Source: a virus
Length of the DNA stretch: 41,348 nt
Strand: one strand, 5' to 3'
Virus record (IMG/VR): IMGVR_UViG_3300048609_000070
Shown: positions 8,647-16,686 of the stretch, piece after piece
Position numbering within the stretch: position 1 is the first letter of the stretch
Layout: each line of letters opens with the position of its first letter
The notes under the pieces: generated by a model
The model's input: only the letters and a program-made list of their open reading frames with translations
The model's database searches: none
What the model was told of the DNA's origin: nothing
Program-made: the position numbers and the translations under genes

Positions 8647-8672
8647 TCGTAAAAGATGAAATTGAAAATCTG

Positions 8673-8990
8673 CTAGGCGATGGCTTCATAGACCGCTGGG
8701 AGCACTTCCAAGGGGCATTCGATAACGAGCCCTCCCGGTGTGGTGAGCTTGATGACTGTTGCCAAGCTGACCTTCTTTGTCTGCGGTGGGATGACAGCCA
8801 CGGCTGGAGCTTTCTTTGGTGCGTTCGCTTGGGTTTCCCAGGAGTACAAGTTCATGTACGGGATTCCGAGCTCCTCCGCTGCTTTCTTCTTTTTCGTGCC
8901 ACCCTTGATCATCTTGTGCCATTTCTCCAAGAGTTCTTTTCGCTCTTCCGGTGTCCTTAGCGTCTTCTTTGCGTTTGAATAGTTTACCAT
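8673..8990 (-). CDS. HTH DNA-binding protein (IS3-OrfA/transposase-N-like HTH); candidate regulator
   Basis: AAEELGIPYMNLYSWETQ resembles the HTH_Tnp_1 recognition region. RBS GAAGGAGG before ATG 8990. The TTGTCCAATT motif sits about 60 bp upstream. Confidence 0.55.
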   Translation of the reverse strand: MVNYSNAKKTLRTPEERKELLEKWHKMIKGGTKKKKAAEELGIPYMNLYSWETQANAPKKAPAVAVIPPQTKKVSLATVIKLTTPGGLVIECPLEVLPAVYEAIA

Positions 8991-9051
8991 GGTCAGACCT
9001 CCTTCGGTTTTCAAACCCTTCTTCTATAGTTTATCGCATTCGGGAGATTTT

Positions 9052-9061
9052 TTGTCCAATT
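9052..9061. promoter_or_regulatory. second copy of the TTGTCCAATT operator half-site, upstream of the HTH gene
   Basis: Exact 10-mer shared with the palindrome at 7121-7140; followed by GTGTTGACTAAA. Confidence 0.35.
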
Positions 9062-9087
9062 ATTTTTTGTGTTGACTAAACTTAGGA

Positions 9088-9165
9088 TTTTTTTGAAGAA
9101 AAATGCATCCGTGCGAGGGACCCATTGGCGGGGAGGGACCAACCGGGGGAACCGGGCACGGATGC
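9088..9165 (-). terminator. rho-independent terminator for 9165-9653
   Basis: 10-bp stem GCATCCGTGC (9104-9113) / GCACGGATGC (9156-9165) with a GC-rich internal loop. The minus strand then reads TTTTTCTTCAAAAAAA. The stem overlaps the stop codon. Confidence 0.55.
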
Positions 9166-9653
9166 TAATCGGGCGGGAACACCTTCAGGATTTTCCTTGC
9201 GACAGGAATCGTGTGCTCTTTGATCCATTCCCTGAAGCGCTCTTTGATTTTTTCTGCGCTCCCTGGGAACATCTGCTCCACGATCCCTACGAGTCCCATG
9301 GCCTTCTGCTCCCCGTTTGGAGGGACCATTTCTATTCTTTTCTCGACGTAGATCATGATCCCATCCATCTGGAAGAAATCAGGCGCATCTTTCGCAAGGG
9401 TCTCCGCTAAGATACTTGCAATCTCGTGCTGGGCCTTTTTTACCTCCAGAAAGGGGATCAGATGCTCCTGCTTGTACTTGTCGTAGACTTCCTCTTTGAC
9501 CTTCCCGATGGTGCAGAAGTCCAGATGAAGGTCGATGAGCTCCTGAATCGATGTACGGTGCTCCTCAGGGATGTCCTTGACGGTATCCAGATCTGGGATT
9601 GGTTTCGCTAAGTCTGGCTGGCTATCGAGTACTATTTCGTCGTGTTCTTGCAT
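9165..9653 (-). CDS. hypothetical protein
   Basis: RBS AAGGAGG 7 nt before ATG; 162 aa. Confidence 0.65.
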   Translation of the reverse strand: MQEHDEIVLDSQPDLAKPIPDLDTVKDIPEEHRTSIQELIDLHLDFCTIGKVKEEVYDKYKQEHLIPFLEVKKAQHEIASILAETLAKDAPDFFQMDGIMIYVEKRIEMVPPNGEQKAMGLVGIVEQMFPGSAEKIKERFREWIKEHTIPVARKILKVFPPD

Positions 9654-9709
9654 GTAATTTCCTCCTTAATAGATTATCGCATCCGGAGGAAATTTGCACA
9701 AGAGAGGAT

Positions 9710-9901
9710 TCAGAAATCTTCTGACCATGCGGGACTGAAGAGGTCTTTTTCTTTGAGGACGAAGCGATCTCCAGGTTTTGCTTTGGACTTTCCCGGGTCC
9801 ACTACCTGGCATCGGTAGCCTTTTTGTTGACCTTCGTACAGGATGTGTGTAATCTCGACGACTTTTCCAGTGTAGTTGGAACGGTACTTTGTAGCCTGCA
9901 T
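9710..9901 (-). CDS. hypothetical small protein
   Basis: RBS AAAAAGGAGGG before ATG; 63 aa. Confidence 0.55.
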   Translation of the reverse strand: MQATKYRSNYTGKVVEITHILYEGQQKGYRCQVVDPGKSKAKPGDRFVLKEKDLFSPAWSEDF

Positions 9902-9996
9902 CTTTCCCTCCTTTTTTATGAGCCAAGGAAGAATCTTTTTCTGGCATCGGAGAGAATCGGAGTCTCCCCCGGCTCTTTTTCTTTATAGACCGTGCT

Positions 9997-10017
9997 GGGA
10001 AATTGTCAAGAGGAAAT
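9997..10017 (-). promoter_or_regulatory. 21-bp direct repeat copy 1 (TGGGAAATTGTCAAGAGGAAA); minus-strand promoter TTGACA-16-TATAAA
   Basis: The reverse complement holds a perfect -35 TTGACA, and TATAAA lies 16 bp downstream, upstream of the RBS of 9710-9901. Confidence 0.5.
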
Positions 10018-10107
10018 TTCAGATGAGCCAGAGAGGAGGGAGTCCTCGTGGGGGACGCGGTTGGGTATCCTACCTCTCCAGCTCTACGCTTTCCTTGTAG
10101 CCTATTT

Positions 10108-10128
10108 TGGGAAATTGTCAAGAGGAAA
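10108..10128 (-). promoter_or_regulatory. 21-bp direct repeat copy 2, identical; TTGACA overlaps the stop codon of 10118-10618, weaker -10 TACAAG
   Basis: Identical 21-mer 111 bp from copy 1; sequences diverge immediately outside the repeat. Confidence 0.4.
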
Positions 10129-10618
10129 GTTTAGCGAGGATTTTTTCTGCTTCCTCAAAGGTGATGTGGATCGTTGCTGTCTGCTGATCTATCCCGACGA
10201 GCATTCCTAATTTTTCGAGGAAGCCATCCCGGAGACTCTTCGCTTGGGATGCTGTTTTTTCGAGAAGGGCTTTTTCCTTGGCGATTTTTTCTTCGCACTC
10301 GGCTATTTTTTGCTTACGGAGTATGACATATTCTTCCCATGGCATCTGGATATCGCGTATTTTAACAACACTGGGTTCCCATGTATAGTAATCAATTTCT
10401 CCATCTGGCCCGGAGTGATCTTTTCTGCCAGCGATTGCGATGTCTCCTCCTCCATTGGGATCGAAATACGTCTTCGTCTTGTAGGTCTTTGGTTTTGCAA
10501 AGTTCCCGATGTTTATTATTATTGCATGCTGGCAGTTCCAAGAGAATGGACTCCCCCTCTCAGGGAGTTTATCTCCGACAGCAACAGCCATTCCTACAAT
10601 GAGATCAGATCTTTTCAT
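10118..10618 (-). CDS. hypothetical protein
   Basis: RBS AGGAGGAG before the internal ATG at 10618 (the ORF track starts at 10669); translationally coupled to the upstream gene. Confidence 0.55.
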   Translation of the reverse strand: MKRSDLIVGMAVAVGDKLPERGSPFSWNCQHAIIINIGNFAKPKTYKTKTYFDPNGGGDIAIAGRKDHSGPDGEIDYYTWEPSVVKIRDIQMPWEEYVILRKQKIAECEEKIAKEKALLEKTASQAKSLRDGFLEKLGMLVGIDQQTATIHITFEEAEKILAKLSS

Positions 10619-10866
10619 TTCTCTCCTCCTAAGTATTTTATCCTGTCCGTGTTTAGTGGCGCGCAGCATCCTTCGCCGATGTATAGTTGTATCGTGTATG
10701 TTTCTGCCAGTCCACAGTTATATTTTTCTCCATTGAAGGATAGATACGGACATGGAGATCCTGGATCTGCGTTTGGTCCTTCTACCATTTGTGAAAGAAC
10801 ACAACGTGCTTTCTTGCAGCAATATCCACATTGAACGCACGGTCTAGAAAATATCTTAGGACTCAT
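10615..10866 (-). CDS. YkgJ/UPF0153-type Cys-cluster small protein
   Basis: CVQCGYCC ... CPYLSFNGEKYNC; ATGA-type overlap with both neighbouring genes. Confidence 0.5.
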   Translation of the reverse strand: MSPKIFSRPCVQCGYCCKKARCVLSQMVEGPNADPGSPCPYLSFNGEKYNCGLAETYTIQLYIGEGCCAPLNTDRIKYLGGEK

Positions 10867-12113
10867 GGAGGATCCTTCTTTACCTGATAAATTGTTGGAA
10901 TAATCTTGTCTCCTCCTACCAGAAGAGGATGTATCCATTTGAGTACAATAGCCTGCTTCTTTGGATCATCTCTAGGACCTGTCCAATATGAATGCCAATG
11001 CGCCCGTCTTACATGGGGTCTCGGTGACGCATGCGTTCCTTCGCCTCGAATGGACTCTGCCTCTCTGTGGCTCCTTAACACAGCCCCCACCTTATATCCA
11101 ACATCCCATTGAGTTGGATTTGCAGGCGGAAAAAACTTGGGTCCAGTAGCGGTTGATACAGGTGGAGGAGGACCCGGCTTTCTCCTCTTTCCAGCGTGAT
11201 CGATTATGTCAGGCTGTTCCGAGCAGAGGTACAAGAGAATAGAGACAACAGAGCGCAAAGCGTTAACGACGTACCCGCGCGCGCTCTTAACCGCATCAGT
11301 CAATACCCCAAGACCTCGATCCTCTATTTCTCGTTCCGTACCAATGACCATTTCTTCGATTGTTGCTTTAGGGTAAAGATGAGCAACAAGATGCACAGGT
11401 TTACCATTTCCCAATAAAACAACTGCTAACTCTGCATGCTGCTGACCAACATCCCAATCAAGATTTGCAAAAAAAGAAAACTCTTCTCCTAACTCAACGT
11501 ATACGCACCACTCCGGGAGGCGGAAAAGAACTTCAGAGGGAATTGGCCCTGAAATAGGTGCTTCAAGGAGCTCCTCTGCGAGATCAATATCAATACGATA
11601 AATACCCTGTGTTTGCCTCCATGTCGCGACAGCTCCAAGAATTGGAATATCGTCCAGCAATTCATCTGGCACTTTTGAACTTCCGCCAGAAACAATTGCA
11701 TAAGCAGCGTGCAAGGGAACCCAGCACCAAGAAGGCCAATCGTCGAAATCTGGAGAGCCTTTACGCGCCCGAAATTTTGCGTAATCTTGCCATGCATTGG
11801 GATATTTCTCTGACATCACGCGCATCAGATCAACTGGTATCGTGTGCTGCATTTTTTTCAAAATTTGTTTTCCTCTCCTGCAAGGACTATCCGGTTTTCC
11901 TACTTGCGTAAATTCTGCACAGGGTGTTTCTTCGTACCATGTATAGTTGTGTATTGCACAGGAGTACTCTCCTGGAGCTGCCCCAATCAGATGTTTACAT
12001 TTCTCCCCTGAAGTTTTCGGAAGGATATTACCTTCTGAAATTCCAAGTTCTGGGTTGTTGACAATCCCAACAACGTATTCGATGCAACAATATCCACACC
12101 TGAGACAGATCAT
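10863..12113 (-). CDS. large protein with N-terminal YkgJ-type Cys cluster; C-terminal region unknown
   Basis: MICLRCGYCC...CKHL...YSCAIH at the N-terminus; 416 aa. Confidence 0.6.
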   Translation of the reverse strand: MICLRCGYCCIEYVVGIVNNPELGISEGNILPKTSGEKCKHLIGAAPGEYSCAIHNYTWYEETPCAEFTQVGKPDSPCRRGKQILKKMQHTIPVDLMRVMSEKYPNAWQDYAKFRARKGSPDFDDWPSWCWVPLHAAYAIVSGGSSKVPDELLDDIPILGAVATWRQTQGIYRIDIDLAEELLEAPISGPIPSEVLFRLPEWCVYVELGEEFSFFANLDWDVGQQHAELAVVLLGNGKPVHLVAHLYPKATIEEMVIGTEREIEDRGLGVLTDAVKSARGYVVNALRSVVSILLYLCSEQPDIIDHAGKRRKPGPPPPVSTATGPKFFPPANPTQWDVGYKVGAVLRSHREAESIRGEGTHASPRPHVRRAHWHSYWTGPRDDPKKQAIVLKWIHPLLVGGDKIIPTIYQVKKDPP

Positions 12114-12121
12114 TTTCTTGC

Positions 12122-12895
12122 CTATGGTTTTGGATTCAACTGTTTAGCCCCGTTTGTCAAAGATCCTCGGGCGCTATTGATAGATATTTCCTTCCCTGTT
12201 TCTATCCCATGGTTGTATGCACCTCTATCGGATCGCACGTTAGATTTCGTATACGTGAGTTTCAGATTCTTTTTTGCGAATTGTGCTGCATCTGAATATC
12301 TACAAGCAACTTTTGCAAGTGCTTGATCCAATCTCACGAGCGCTGTAGTGTTGTTGCTATATTCCGATTTCATATTTTCAAAGGTTTGTTTCCGTGCTTC
12401 ACTAAGTTTAATTCCTATGGTATGGATAACACCAAGCCTGAACTGATTGCGCCATGTTTTCCCGCAACCCGATCCTTCCCGCACGGTAAGTCTTTCCACT
12501 TCGTTGCAGAGCAAAGGAAAGAGATACCGGACCTTCTCTGCATCGGAGGGTCTCCCAACAATCTCAAGTGTACTCTTCCTATTGCAGATATAGGTCGTAT
12601 TGGTATAGATAAAGCACCCATTGGCTTTTGCTAAATGCCCGGCAAGAATAGATTTCCAGCGCTGCTTGTTCTTTCCCATGTCGCTCAGCGAAGCACCTTT
12701 ACTCTCGAAGTTTATAATTTCCTCTCCTGGCTCATGCGGCTCCTTTTCAGCGTCCTGCAACATGGCATGGGTTATCTCGTAACGGTCAAGGATCTCCTGG
12801 GCTCTCTGCGCGGCGATGGCGGCTTCTTCAGGGTAATTGCTCTGTGATAGCCTGAGCAGCTTCATTGCCTTCAGGATAGCTTCGTCTCTTGTCAT
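12122..12895 (-). CDS. DUF2786-domain protein (plasmid/phage-associated)
   Basis: N-terminus DEAILKAMKLLRLSQSNYPEEAAIAAQRAQEILDRYEIT matches the DUF2786 signature (KLLaLa.s.n..EA..A...Aq.L...). 257 aa. Confidence 0.65.
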   Translation of the reverse strand: MTRDEAILKAMKLLRLSQSNYPEEAAIAAQRAQEILDRYEITHAMLQDAEKEPHEPGEEIINFESKGASLSDMGKNKQRWKSILAGHLAKANGCFIYTNTTYICNRKSTLEIVGRPSDAEKVRYLFPLLCNEVERLTVREGSGCGKTWRNQFRLGVIHTIGIKLSEARKQTFENMKSEYSNNTTALVRLDQALAKVACRYSDAAQFAKKNLKLTYTKSNVRSDRGAYNHGIETGKEISINSARGSLTNGAKQLNPKP

Positions 12896-12907
12896 TGAAT
12901 CTTCCTT

Positions 12908-13189
12908 TCAATATTCCGATGGGAACAGAATTGTGGTAACGGTCCGGTCGTCTTCTGTTACGATCCAGACTTTGGTTTCCGTGTCGAAGTGATACTCGGA
13001 GAGTATCCGAGTTCCTTCCAGTAGTGCTTTATCATTGGCTTCCTTATCGTGCGCGTCCAGATCTCCCCAATCTCCGCGTGCGTGCCTGACGAGGCAGACC
13101 GCGATGAACTGAAGGAAGGCCGGATCTTGCGATGCCTTCTGCTCGATCGATGGAGTCAAGCGGAGTGTTCCTAGAAAAAATCCTGCCAT
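12908..13189 (-). CDS. conserved small hypothetical protein (GDWGDLDAHD motif); family name not asserted
   Basis: 93 aa; composition and motif resemble small proteins often found near DUF2786 genes in plasmid/phage accessory regions (from memory). Confidence 0.5.
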   Translation of the reverse strand: MAGFFLGTLRLTPSIEQKASQDPAFLQFIAVCLVRHARGDWGDLDAHDKEANDKALLEGTRILSEYHFDTETKVWIVTEDDRTVTTILFPSEY

Positions 13190-13302
13190 TTTCGACCTCC
13201 TATCATTACTTCATTAGTTTATCGTAGGATCCCCTGGGTCTGTCAAACATTATTTTTATTTATTTGCAGAGCAAGCGGTATCCTGACTTCAGGAGAAAGA
13301 CT

Positions 13303-13698
13303 ATGGGATTCTCGACAAATGCTTATTTATTCTGGGGGTTTACTTTTGACTCTCCGGACAGAGAAATTCGCCTCCGTCCGCTTTGGGCAGAAGATGGCCC
13401 ATGGGCAGAGGAGGGTGGAGAGCGCGTGTGGGGATATTGGCCCTACTGGTCCGATGTAGAAAAGGTAGCACGACTGAAGGAGATTCGGGTTGTGCTGGAT
13501 GCTTACTGCAGCAAGATCAATCCCTCGTGGTTCGTCTCGTTACAGGATGCTTGCCACAGAGCGTGGCGAGGCCATTCCCTGGAGCTCCCGGGCTTGGCCC
13601 TCCCGATGGACGCCAGAGAGCGCTTGCACGAAGCCTGCAACCTCATGGTCATCCCCTGGCAGGACCCCAAGTGGTGGCTGGTCTCCTACTGGGGTTGA
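13303..13698 (+). CDS. hypothetical protein (Trp-rich)
   Basis: RBS AGGAGA before ATG 13303; divergent from 12908-13189; locally higher GC. Confidence 0.5.
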   Translation: MGFSTNAYLFWGFTFDSPDREIRLRPLWAEDGPWAEEGGERVWGYWPYWSDVEKVARLKEIRVVLDAYCSKINPSWFVSLQDACHRAWRGHSLELPGLALPMDARERLHEACNLMVIPWQDPKWWLVSYWG

Positions 13699-13787
13699 TT
13701 TTTTTCTTGACTTTTTGTTTTTTCTGACTATACTCTCTGGGTATTGGCAGTCAAGGTGGTGTAGTGAGGGTGCCCCGTAGCGCGTTA

Positions 13788-14324
13788 CTAGGGCTTCAAC
13801 TGCCTAATTTGCTTCTCCGGGATCTCGGAGAGCCCCACATTGTTTCCCGTCCAAGCTCGGATGTCTCGCACCCATCGTTCGACCTGACTTCGCCATTGGG
13901 GGTTTTCCTCATCGACGTTCCCGGGCCGGACCAAGAAGATGTCGATGTCGCTGAATATGTCGCCATCCGCGCGCGCTGTCGAGCCGAAGAGAGATGCGTG
14001 ATGGGGGGCGATCTTCCATTTGCTCAGCGAATTCCGGAGCCGTCGCAAGAGTTCCTCACGCATCCCGGCCAACTTCTCGACGGCTTGCGCGGCGATGTGT
14101 TTTCTGTTGAGTGTGTAGAGAATGGCTTTTCCTGCTTCTTGCGCATTCACAATCCCGTGCTCTACGAGCCGATGCAGCGCTCGGTTTACCCCCGTCTGTG
14201 AACCGCCTTTTACGAGCTTTGCAACTTCACGCCCGGTCAGCGGCCGTGTTGTTCCTGCGAGCACGACAAGCAGCTCTCCGCTGAGATTCGAGCATACGGT
14301 ATGGTAGGGTCTAGAGACGTTCAT
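13788..14324 (-). CDS. winged-HTH + minimal nucleotidyltransferase (MNT/pol-beta superfamily) fusion protein
   Basis: N-terminal MarR-like wHTH (TGREVAKLVKGGSQTGVNRALHRLVEHGIV). C-terminal GSTARADGDIFSDIDIFLV matches the GSxaRGxx..SDIDLlV NTase motif. Confidence 0.7.
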   Translation of the reverse strand: MNVSRPYHTVCSNLSGELLVVLAGTTRPLTGREVAKLVKGGSQTGVNRALHRLVEHGIVNAQEAGKAILYTLNRKHIAAQAVEKLAGMREELLRRLRNSLSKWKIAPHHASLFGSTARADGDIFSDIDIFLVRPGNVDEENPQWRSQVERWVRDIRAWTGNNVGLSEIPEKQIRQLKP

Positions 14325-14326
14325 TC

Positions 14327-14593
14327 TTATTCGTCCATATTGGAAGAGAATAAATCTAAGTCATCCGCGCGCCTCCTAGCTACGCGCCGAGCATTTATCA
14401 AGGAAGGCGCTGCATTCTTTAGCAAGTCTTGTAGCGCCTTCCACTCTTTGTGCAAGTCTTCCGGTTCTGAGCACTCTAGTTTTAGAAGTTCTTTCAGAAC
14501 GTTATCGCAATCTCCTAAAGCCTTTTCTGCTGCATAAAGTAGTTCGACTGCTTTCTGTACTACGTCAATGGTGACCTTCGTATTTAGTTTCAT
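14327..14593 (-). CDS. hypothetical alpha-helical small protein, co-operonic with the wHTH-NTase
   Basis: Its stop abuts the next gene's start; 88 aa; no HEPN Rx4-6H motif. Confidence 0.5.
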   Translation of the reverse strand: MKLNTKVTIDVVQKAVELLYAAEKALGDCDNVLKELLKLECSEPEDLHKEWKALQDLLKNAAPSLINARRVARRRADDLDLFSSNMDE

Positions 14594-14619
14594 TTCTTAC
14601 CTCTCTTTCTCTTGAATCT

Positions 14620-14883
14620 TTACTCTTCCTCCTCTTCCTCCTCATCTTCCTCCTCTTCCACATCGAAAATCTCATCAATCTCATCTTCATCCGATTCCGC
14701 ATACAGATCGTGCATCAATTCAGCCGCCCGCCACATGCGATGCCTGGCATCTGCTGTCTGATATTGAGTGCCTACTTCGGAACCCTCTTCATCAACATAG
14801 AAAATAGGACTCGATGCCTCAGCAAGATTCGCTTCAAAATAAAATTGATAGCCACTGACCAGTGTCACAAGGTATCGTGTCAT
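14620..14883 (-). CDS. small protein with a poly-acidic tail (DEDEIDEIFDVEEEEDEEEEEEE)
   Basis: 87 aa; the last ~25 residues are almost all D/E. Confidence 0.5.
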   Translation of the reverse strand: MTRYLVTLVSGYQFYFEANLAEASSPIFYVDEEGSEVGTQYQTADARHRMWRAAELMHDLYAESDEDEIDEIFDVEEEEDEEEEEEE

Positions 14884-14895
14884 GTTCTTCTCCTT

Positions 14896-15141
14896 TTACC
14901 TTTCTTTGAATATTTGTAAATCAGGTTCAACACCATCATAAAAAAATCGATACCATACATACGCCCAATCTTTTCGATAATCTGCTATCTCTATCCTTCT
15001 AAGTTTAAGATTGGGATCGTATTCACAAACTAAAACCGGACATCGAAAACATATACTATTTTGTCCATACCGAGAAATGTCATCTTTATATTTACAATTC
15101 TCTGGACACTTATCTGGAAACTGCATTCCGTGAAGCATCAT
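14896..15141 (-). CDS. Cys-rich small protein
   Basis: CPENC...CFRCPVLVC motifs; 81 aa. Confidence 0.45.
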   Translation of the reverse strand: MMLHGMQFPDKCPENCKYKDDISRYGQNSICFRCPVLVCEYDPNLKLRRIEIADYRKDWAYVWYRFFYDGVEPDLQIFKER

Positions 15142-15164
15142 GTAAAATCCTCCCTTTCTTTGAG

Positions 15165-15383
15165 TTATTCATCCTCAAGCTTCTCGTTGGTTTCAGCGCT
15201 GTACTCTTGCCCAACTCCTAAGCCAACGCCTACGCCATACTCTTTGAAACACTCTTGGCAACATAATGCCCATGGTCCCATTTTGGTACGCGCGTCGTAG
15301 AATGTGTTTCCAGACTTGAGATCCTGCTTGCAAATATCGCAGGTCTCAGTCTGCCCCATCCAATATTTCTTTTTTACTACCAT
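15165..15383 (-). CDS. Zn-ribbon small protein
   Basis: CDICK...CCQEC; 72 aa. Confidence 0.5.
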   Translation of the reverse strand: MVVKKKYWMGQTETCDICKQDLKSGNTFYDARTKMGPWALCCQECFKEYGVGVGLGVGQEYSAETNEKLEDE

Positions 15384-16167
15384 TTTCTACTCCTGTCGGA
15401 ACTGTATTGTTGGGAATCTTTCCTTCTTTTTGCATGCTCTCAATCAACTTCAAATCGATTTTCATCCGATTCCAATTTCGTTTTATCTGCGTCCACTTTT
15501 CCCTAGTGTAGCGTGGAAGAAGAACGGTACGATATTCCCCTTGTCCTATTTCTTTTTGGATGTCTATTGGATACAACTTACGAGAGTGCTTGTAGGCTCC
15601 ACGCACGAATGCGATGAACTTACGGTCCAGCCAGGGAGGTGTCCAGCATCCGGATCTACAAATATGGATAGTAGAGATTTCAGCATCGGAAGGAATGGCG
15701 TCAAGTTTATTTTCAACCGTCAGCTGTTTGAACCGAGGAGGAACATCCTTCCAGTATTTGGTGACCCACCTCGGACGGATCCAGATTGCTTTTCTCTTTC
15801 TTGCAGCGACACCCCGCGTCAGTGCTACACGGAGCCAGTCTTGGCAATGCACCTGCCCTGGGTGGTTTTGCTTCCAGCAATCGTGGTGGGCATCGATATT
15901 GATGATTAGTTCACAATCGTTGTCCATGAGGGAATATGCGAAGACATGGGAGTCGGAAACGAAGAGTCCGCGCGTTTTTTTCAAGTCTACATGTCTGACC
16001 AGACACTCCCAGAATGTTTCTTCCAAACCAGTTGTCTTCATAGCCTCTTCTAGATGCATTTGGCTTTGCCAGATATGAAGAAAAAAGTTACTTTCCTGAT
16101 GCCCAAGGTCGTAGCTTGGTTTTTCTGGAACGAAGAAATCCCAATCGATTGTCAGGAGTGTCTTCAC
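15346..16167 (-). CDS. putative metal-dependent hydrolase, arginase/deacetylase-fold-like (tentative)
   Basis: SDSHV ... about 20 aa ... INIDAHHDCW resembles the GGDHS...DAHxD spacing of the arginase fold; 273 aa. Confidence 0.5.
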   Translation of the reverse strand: MKTLLTIDWDFFVPEKPSYDLGHQESNFFLHIWQSQMHLEEAMKTTGLEETFWECLVRHVDLKKTRGLFVSDSHVFAYSLMDNDCELIINIDAHHDCWKQNHPGQVHCQDWLRVALTRGVAARKRKAIWIRPRWVTKYWKDVPPRFKQLTVENKLDAIPSDAEISTIHICRSGCWTPPWLDRKFIAFVRGAYKHSRKLYPIDIQKEIGQGEYRTVLLPRYTREKWTQIKRNWNRMKIDLKLIESMQKEGKIPNNTVPTGVENGSKKEILDGAD

Positions 16168-16424
16168 GCATCCTCCTCGAAGATCTCAGAAAGGGCCATC
16201 TTTATTTCTGCACGTTCCCTTGCGGATAACGATTTCAGTTTTTCTTTTATTGCTTGAATTCTCCTTTCCTTTATATCATTCGTAATGTTAATGAGCGACG
16301 TCAGAAACAAAACAAAAGGTCCTGTGTAATCCATATCATCTGGCAATCGAAAGGAACATGCTCCCTCCGTTTTCCTGGATGGGTCTTTTTTAAATTTCTT
16401 CATGATCTTCTTCCATCTTTCCAT
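16164..16424 (-). CDS. hypothetical small protein
   Basis: 86 aa, overlaps adjacent genes (coupled). Confidence 0.45.
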   Translation of the reverse strand: MERWKKIMKKFKKDPSRKTEGACSFRLPDDMDYTGPFVLFLTSLINITNDIKERRIQAIKEKLKSLSARERAEIKMALSEIFEEDA

Positions 16425-16665
16425 GGCAATCGATCATGTGTCGTTCCATCCCACGCGCGAACTCTTGGCGCACGAGTTGGCGAATACGGGACGGCGTTCG
16501 GCCCTGCTGCTGTTGATACCACTTCGGATTAAACTTGTGAACCTCTCTCCAATAAAGATACGTTGTGCGAGGGATCGCATGCTCCTTGAGGTATTGCTCA
16601 AGGGCATCCTTCTTCATTCCCCGTGTCTCTGCAAGGACCTTTTTTCTTAGCTCCCTATCCCACAC
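16390..16665 (-). CDS. hypothetical small protein, possible HTH
   Basis: 91 aa; the ALEQYLKEHAIPRTTYLYW segment is HTH-like. Confidence 0.4.
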   Translation of the reverse strand: MWDRELRKKVLAETRGMKKDALEQYLKEHAIPRTTYLYWREVHKFNPKWYQQQQGRTPSRIRQLVRQEFARGMERHMIDCHGKMEEDHEEI

Positions 16666-16686
16666 TTTTGGACTCCCTTCTCCTTC

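Noticed and set aside
9666-10121. 151-aa minus-strand ORF
   Set aside because: It overlaps the RBS-supported 63-aa gene 9710-9901 and the promoter repeats, and is R/K/P-rich with no RBS.
13764-14201. 145-aa plus-strand ORF
   Set aside because: It is antisense to the wHTH-NTase gene, which has recognisable motifs.
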